A program made the position numbers and the translations under genes. DNA of 10,254 bases. Origin: an uncultured Eubacteriales bacterium. GTDB taxonomy: Bacteria > Acidobacteriota > Aminicenantia > Aminicenantales > Saccharicenantaceae. Below the pieces are notes generated by a model. That model saw nothing but the letters and a program-made list of their open reading frames with translations, had not been told where the DNA came from and searched no databases. The DNA is taken from the NCBI GenBank assembly GCA_964544265.1, contig CAZJBD010000084.1, positions 1 through 10,254 on the forward strand, in the 5' to 3' direction. Shown here piece by piece: positions 6,361 through 10,254 of the stretch (position 1 is the stretch's first letter; each line of letters starts with the position of its first letter).

Positions 6361-7117
6361 AGAAACGGTCCCTTCGCGGACCGGTAAGCGGGGGCCCGAC
6401 GAGCTCCGCCCAATCCTTCTCCGAACGGATTATTTCGACTTTGCGGACGGGTCCGCCTACATCGAAATGGGAAAGACCAAAGTCGCCGCGGCCGCCACGA
6501 TCGACGAGAAGGTCCCGCCTTTCCTGAAGAACTCCGGAACCGGCTGGGTGACCGCCGAATACTCCATGCTTCCGTGCGCTACGGAAAAGAGGACGCCCCG
6601 CGAGCGGACGGCCGGAAGAATCTCAGGCCGGACTCAGGAGATCCAGCGGCTCATCGGCCGGTCCCTCCGGAGTGTGACCGACCTTCCCTCCCTCGGCGAA
6701 ACGACGATCGTCGTCGATTGCGACGTTCTCCAGGCCGACGGCGGAACGCGGGCGGCCTCGGTCACCGTCGGCTGCGTGGCCCTGGCCCTGGCCCTGAAAA
6801 AGCTCCTCGACAACGGCTTCGTCCAGGCCATGCCCTTGAAGCACCTCGTCGCGGCCGTCAGCGTCGGGCTCGTCGAGGGGCAGGAACTCCTGGACCTGGA
6901 CTACAGCGAGGACTCGGCGGCCGCGATCGACATGAACATGGTGGAAACCGACAAGGGCCAGCTCGTCGAGGTCCAGGCCACGGCCGAGAAAAGCCCCTTC
7001 ACCAGAAAGGACTTCGGCGGTCTGATGAAGCTCGCGGACAAGGGGATCGCTGAGATCATCGCCATCCAGCGCGACGTCCTCCTGAAAAAAAGCGTGCTTT
7101 TCATGGCCTACGGATGA
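6335..7117 (+). CDS. rph: Ribonuclease PH (tRNA nucleotidyltransferase).
   Basis: The product aligns by eye with E. coli RNase PH along its whole length. ...[29 protein letters not shown]... corresponds to ...[29 protein letters not shown]..., ...[11 protein letters not shown]...[17 protein letters not shown]... to ...GWITAEYGMLP...GRTMEIQRLIARALRAA..., and ...[26 protein letters not shown]... to ...[26 protein letters not shown]... I prefer the start ATG 6335, which has a GAGGA RBS 5-10 nt upstream, over the ATGs at 6263 and 6302, which lack an RBS and would add 24 non-homologous residues. It overlaps the lpxL 3' end by 26 nt. Confidence 0.88.
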   Translation: MTIKTTLPEETVPSRTGKRGPDELRPILLRTDYFDFADGSAYIEMGKTKVAAAATIDEKVPPFLKNSGTGWVTAEYSMLPCATEKRTPRERTAGRISGRTQEIQRLIGRSLRSVTDLPSLGETTIVVDCDVLQADGGTRAASVTVGCVALALALKKLLDNGFVQAMPLKHLVAAVSVGLVEGQELLDLDYSEDSAAAIDMNMVETDKGQLVEVQATAEKSPFTRKDFGGLMKLADKGIAEIIAIQRDVLLKKSVLFMAYG

Positions 7118-8070
7118 CGAAAGGCGGTGCGTCGATGAAACGTATTCTGATCACCGGCGGAGCCGGTTTTTTGGGAAGCCACCTCTGCGACCGGCTTATC
7201 CGGGAGGGAAACGACGTCGTCGGCATCGACAACTTCTTCTCCGGATCAAAAGACAATATCCGCCACCTTTTCAACGACCCCTATTTCGAACTCATCCGGC
7301 ATGACGTCATCCATCCCCTTTTCATCGAAGTCGACCAAATCTATCACCTAGCCTGCCCGGCCTCCCCCATCCACTACCAGCAAAACTCCATCAAAACCGT
7401 GAAGACCAATGTCATGGGCACGATCAATATGCTCGGCCTGGCCAAGAGGATCAAAGCCAGGATTCTTCTGTCTTCTTCCTCGGAGGTCTATGGAGACGCC
7501 AAAGTCCATCCCCAGCACGAAAGCTACTGGGGGAACGTCAATCCCATCGGCATCCGAAGCTGCTACGACGAGGGCAAGCGGGTGGCCGAAACCCTGATGA
7601 TGGACTACCACAGGCAGAACAAGGTCGACGTCCGGATCGTGCGCATCTTCAACACCTACGGTCCGCGCATGGCCATCGACGACGGCCGCGTCGTCAGCAA
7701 CTTCATCGTTCAGGCGCTCAAGGGCGAGCCCCTGACCGTCTACGGGGACGGCCGTCAGACCAGGTCCTTTTGCTACGTCACAGACCTCATCGAGGCCCTG
7801 GTCAAAATGATGAACAGCGAAGGATTCGTCGGGCCCGTGAACCTGGGCAACGCGGGGGAATTCACCATCCTGGAGCTGGCGGAGAAAATCATCCGGACGA
7901 CGGGAAGCTCCTCCGGAATCGTCCATAAGCCCCTGCCCCAGGACGATCCCGTCCGGCGCTGCCCGGACATCTCCCTGGCCGAAGCCAAGCTCGACTGGCG
8001 GCCGAAGGTAGGCCTGGACGAAGGCCTGGCCGCGACGGTCGATGACTTCAGGAAAAGGCTCGGCGTATGA
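7114..8070 (+). CDS. uxs: UDP-glucuronate decarboxylase / UDP-xylose synthase (SDR family, UXS/ArnA-C-terminal type).
   Basis: It is near-collinear with eukaryotic UXS1. The motifs include [17 protein letters not shown] (Rossmann GxGxxG), [13 protein letters not shown], the catalytic SSSSEVYGD and YDEGKR (the Y-x3-K motif), and [10 protein letters not shown]...DGRVVSNF. The ATG at 7114 overlaps the rph stop as ATGA. The alternative start ATG 7126 (MKRIL...) is equally plausible. Confidence 0.9.
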   Translation: MTKGGASMKRILITGGAGFLGSHLCDRLIREGNDVVGIDNFFSGSKDNIRHLFNDPYFELIRHDVIHPLFIEVDQIYHLACPASPIHYQQNSIKTVKTNVMGTINMLGLAKRIKARILLSSSSEVYGDAKVHPQHESYWGNVNPIGIRSCYDEGKRVAETLMMDYHRQNKVDVRIVRIFNTYGPRMAIDDGRVVSNFIVQALKGEPLTVYGDGRQTRSFCYVTDLIEALVKMMNSEGFVGPVNLGNAGEFTILELAEKIIRTTGSSSGIVHKPLPQDDPVRRCPDISLAEAKLDWRPKVGLDEGLAATVDDFRKRLGV

Positions 8071-8753
8071 GGCTATCCGTCGTCATCCCTGCCTACAACG
8101 AAAAAAACACGATCCTCGAATTGCTGCGCCGGGTCGAGGCGGTCCCCCTCAGCCTGGAAAAGGAGATCATCGTCGTGGACGACTGCTCCACGGACGGAAC
8201 TCAGGAGGTTCTGGCCGGCTTGGGACGGCCGGACATCAAAGTCCTTTTCCACCCGAAGAACATGGGCAAAGGCTCGGCCTTGAGGACCGCTTTCTCCGAG
8301 GCTACGGGGGACATCGTCCTCATCCAAGACGCCGACCTGGAGTATAACCCGGCCGAATATCCCGATCTGCTGGCCCCTATCCTCGACGGCCGGGCCGACG
8401 TCGTCTACGGCTCCCGCTTCCTGGGGGGGCCGCACCGGGTTCTCTTTTTTTGGCACTCCATCGCCAACCGGTTTCTGACCGCCCTCTCCAATATGGTCAC
8501 CAATTTGAACCTGACCGACATGGAAACCTGCTATAAGGTCTTCAGGAGGGACGTCCTGGAGAGGCTTCGCCTCAAGTCCCGCCGCTTCGGTTTCGAGCCC
8601 GAGGTCACCATCAAGGTCGCCAAGCTCAAGTGCCGGATCTACGAAGTTCCCATCTCCTATGCCGGCCGCAACTACTACGAAGGCAAGAAAATCGGCTGGA
8701 AGGACGCCGTGGCCGCCCTTTGGCATATCCTGAGGTATCGGCTCTTTCCTTGA
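8067..8753 (+). CDS. Family-2 glycosyltransferase of the short DPM1/ArnC/GtrB-like polyprenyl-phosphate sugar transferase type (soluble-length form, no C-terminal TM pair).
   Basis: 228 aa. It has a GT-A fold N-terminus [12 protein letters not shown], then ...[12 protein letters not shown]..., and the DxD motif in ...[12 protein letters not shown]... The overall length and motif order match dolichol-phosphate mannose synthase-like and ArnC-like enzymes. The start overlaps the uxs stop as ATGA. Confidence 0.8.
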   Translation: MRLSVVIPAYNEKNTILELLRRVEAVPLSLEKEIIVVDDCSTDGTQEVLAGLGRPDIKVLFHPKNMGKGSALRTAFSEATGDIVLIQDADLEYNPAEYPDLLAPILDGRADVVYGSRFLGGPHRVLFFWHSIANRFLTALSNMVTNLNLTDMETCYKVFRRDVLERLRLKSRRFGFEPEVTIKVAKLKCRIYEVPISYAGRNYYEGKKIGWKDAVAALWHILRYRLFP

Positions 8754-8778
8754 CTTTCAGGCTTTCCCGCTATAAAAT
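8750..8778 (+). promoter_or_regulatory. Promoter candidate for the flotillin gene: TTGACT (8750-8755, overlapping the GT2 stop codon), then TATAAA/TAAAAT at 8771-8778 with a 16-17-nt spacer.
   Basis: Read directly from the sequence. The downstream leader contains a strong RBS, AGGGAGG, at about 8808-8814, 6 nt before the ATG at 8821. Confidence 0.35.
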
Positions 8779-8820
8779 TGAGGTTTATTTCGTTGAAAAC
8801 ACAAGATTAGGGAGGCTCAC

Positions 8821-10236
8821 ATGAATTGGATGTCCTGGCTTGTCCCGGCCGGCATAATCGTCGTTATTCTCGCCGTGATCATCGTCATCATGGCCTTGCA
8901 GTACCGCAAGGTCGGCCCCAATGAGGCCCTCATTATCTCCGGCGGCCGGAAACGCACGATCACGGCCCCTGACGGAACGCGCAAGAAGATTGGCTACCGC
9001 TACCGGCTCGGCGGCGGCACCTTCGTCTGGCCCTTTACCGAGCGGGTGGACGTTTTGCCCGTTGACATTATCTCGCTCAACATCCGGACACCTGAAGTCC
9101 TGACTTACGGCGGGGTCCCCATCATGGCTGAGGCTTCCAGCCAGGTGAAGATCGATTCCAGCGAGGAAGGTATCCGCATGGCCGCCGAGCAGTTCCTCGG
9201 GCAGGGCAAGGACGGAATCCGCGACGTCGCCATGACCGTTTTGGAGGGAAAAATGCGTGAGGTCATCGGCACCATGACGGTCGAGGACATCTATCGGGGC
9301 CGCCAGGAGTTTTCCAGCCGTGTCGCCCAGGCCGTCAAGAAGGACTTGGCCGCGATGGGCCTGGTCATGCTCTCCTTCGCCCTCAAGGACATCAGCGACA
9401 CCCAGGGCTATATTGATGCCCTGAGCAAGCCCCAGATCGCCGCGGCCAAGCGCGACGCGGCCATCGCCCAGGCGGAGACCGAGAAAGAGTCCATCATCAA
9501 GTCCTCCCATGCCCGGAAGGAAGGAGAGATCGCCCGCCTGGAAGCCGAAGCCCTGATCGCCAAGGCCCAGTGGGAGAACGAGGCCAAGAAGGCCGAATCT
9601 CAAGTTTCGGTCAACTCCAAGAAGGCCCAGGCCGATTTCTCTTACGAGCTCGAGCGGAACCGGCTGAACCAGCAGATCAAGAAGGAAGAGGCCAAGGTCA
9701 AGCTCATCGAGAAGGAAGAGGCCATTAAGATCGAAGAGGCCGAGATCTCCCGCAAGGAGAAGGAACTGGAGGCCAACGTTCTCAAGCCGGCCGACGCCCG
9801 CAAGTACCAGATCAAGGCCGAGGCCGAGGCCGAGGAATTCCGCATCCTGGCCGAGGGCAAGGGCAAGGTCGACGTCCGGAAGATCGAGGCCCAGGCCGCG
9901 GCCGATGAGACCAGGCTCAAGGGCCTGGCCGAGGCCGAGGCCATGCTCAAGAAGGCCCAGGCCTGGGAAAAGTACAACCAAGCGGCCGTCCTCGAAATGT
10001 ATATCAAGGCCCTTCCCGAGCTGGCCCGGGCCGTGGCCGAACCGCTCTCCAAGGTGGACAAGATCGTCATCGTCGGCGGCGACAAAGACCTCGGCACTTC
10101 CAAAGTCACCGGCCAGGTCGCCCAGATCCTGGCCCAGCTCCCCGATATCGTCAAGACGTTCACCGGAGCGGACATCAACAAGTTCCTGAAGAGCAAACTC
10201 TCGCCCGAGGACAAGCCGGCCCCCGAGAAGAAATAA
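8821..10236 (+). CDS. floT: SPFH/band-7 domain protein of the flotillin family (FloT/YuaG/YqiK-like).
   Basis: 471 aa. It has an N-terminal TM helix (WLVPAGIIVVILAVIIVIMAL) and an SPFH core (...ISLNIRTPEVLTYGGVPIMAEASSQVKI... and ...VEDIYRGRQEFSSRVAQAV...). It has a long EA/K-rich coiled coil (...EAKVKLIEKEEAIKIEEAEISRKEKELEA...) and the flotillin C-terminal block ...VDKIVIVGGDKDLGTSKVTGQVAQILAQLP... A strong RBS precedes it. Confidence 0.9.
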   Translation: MNWMSWLVPAGIIVVILAVIIVIMALQYRKVGPNEALIISGGRKRTITAPDGTRKKIGYRYRLGGGTFVWPFTERVDVLPVDIISLNIRTPEVLTYGGVPIMAEASSQVKIDSSEEGIRMAAEQFLGQGKDGIRDVAMTVLEGKMREVIGTMTVEDIYRGRQEFSSRVAQAVKKDLAAMGLVMLSFALKDISDTQGYIDALSKPQIAAAKRDAAIAQAETEKESIIKSSHARKEGEIARLEAEALIAKAQWENEAKKAESQVSVNSKKAQADFSYELERNRLNQQIKKEEAKVKLIEKEEAIKIEEAEISRKEKELEANVLKPADARKYQIKAEAEAEEFRILAEGKGKVDVRKIEAQAAADETRLKGLAEAEAMLKKAQAWEKYNQAAVLEMYIKALPELARAVAEPLSKVDKIVIVGGDKDLGTSKVTGQVAQILAQLPDIVKTFTGADINKFLKSKLSPEDKPAPEKK

Positions 10237-10254
10237 GCCGGGCGGGGACAAAAT

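Noticed and set aside
8785-10251. A 488-aa ORF on the minus strand, antisense to the flotillin gene and spanning it entirely.
   Set aside because: Its translation is low-complexity GLGL/LGLD repeats. It is the typical antisense-frame artefact of a GC3-rich gene whose sense frame encodes EA/K coiled-coil repeats. The plus-strand flotillin has clear SPFH/flotillin homology and a strong RBS. The minus ORF has no start context.

Overview
This is a GC-rich bacterial chromosomal segment from a diderm (LPS-making) organism, and almost all of it is ordinary, conserved coding sequence. Reading left to right there is the 3' end of an M20-family amidohydrolase, then a full-length three-domain ComEC/Rec2 DNA-uptake channel, then a convergent pair of exported proteins of unknown function (one coiled-coil secreted protein, one putative lipoprotein). 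Next is a 220-bp divergent promoter region that contains a striking repeat/palindrome array. That is followed by a translationally coupled five-gene block: lpxK (lipid A 4'-kinase), an LpxL/HtrB-family lipid A late acyltransferase, rph (RNase PH), a UDP-glucuronate decarboxylase (UDP-xylose synthase) and a short DPM1/ArnC-like family-2 glycosyltransferase. The window ends with an SPFH/flotillin gene. I see no RNA genes, CRISPR array, transposase, integrase or recognisable defence system. The two things worth follow-up are the operator-like repeat array sitting exactly between two sigma70-type promoters, and the fusion of lipid A late-step genes with a UDP-pentose/polyprenyl-phosphate-sugar module in one overlapping operon. 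All product calls come from motif-level recognition by eye. No database search was run.
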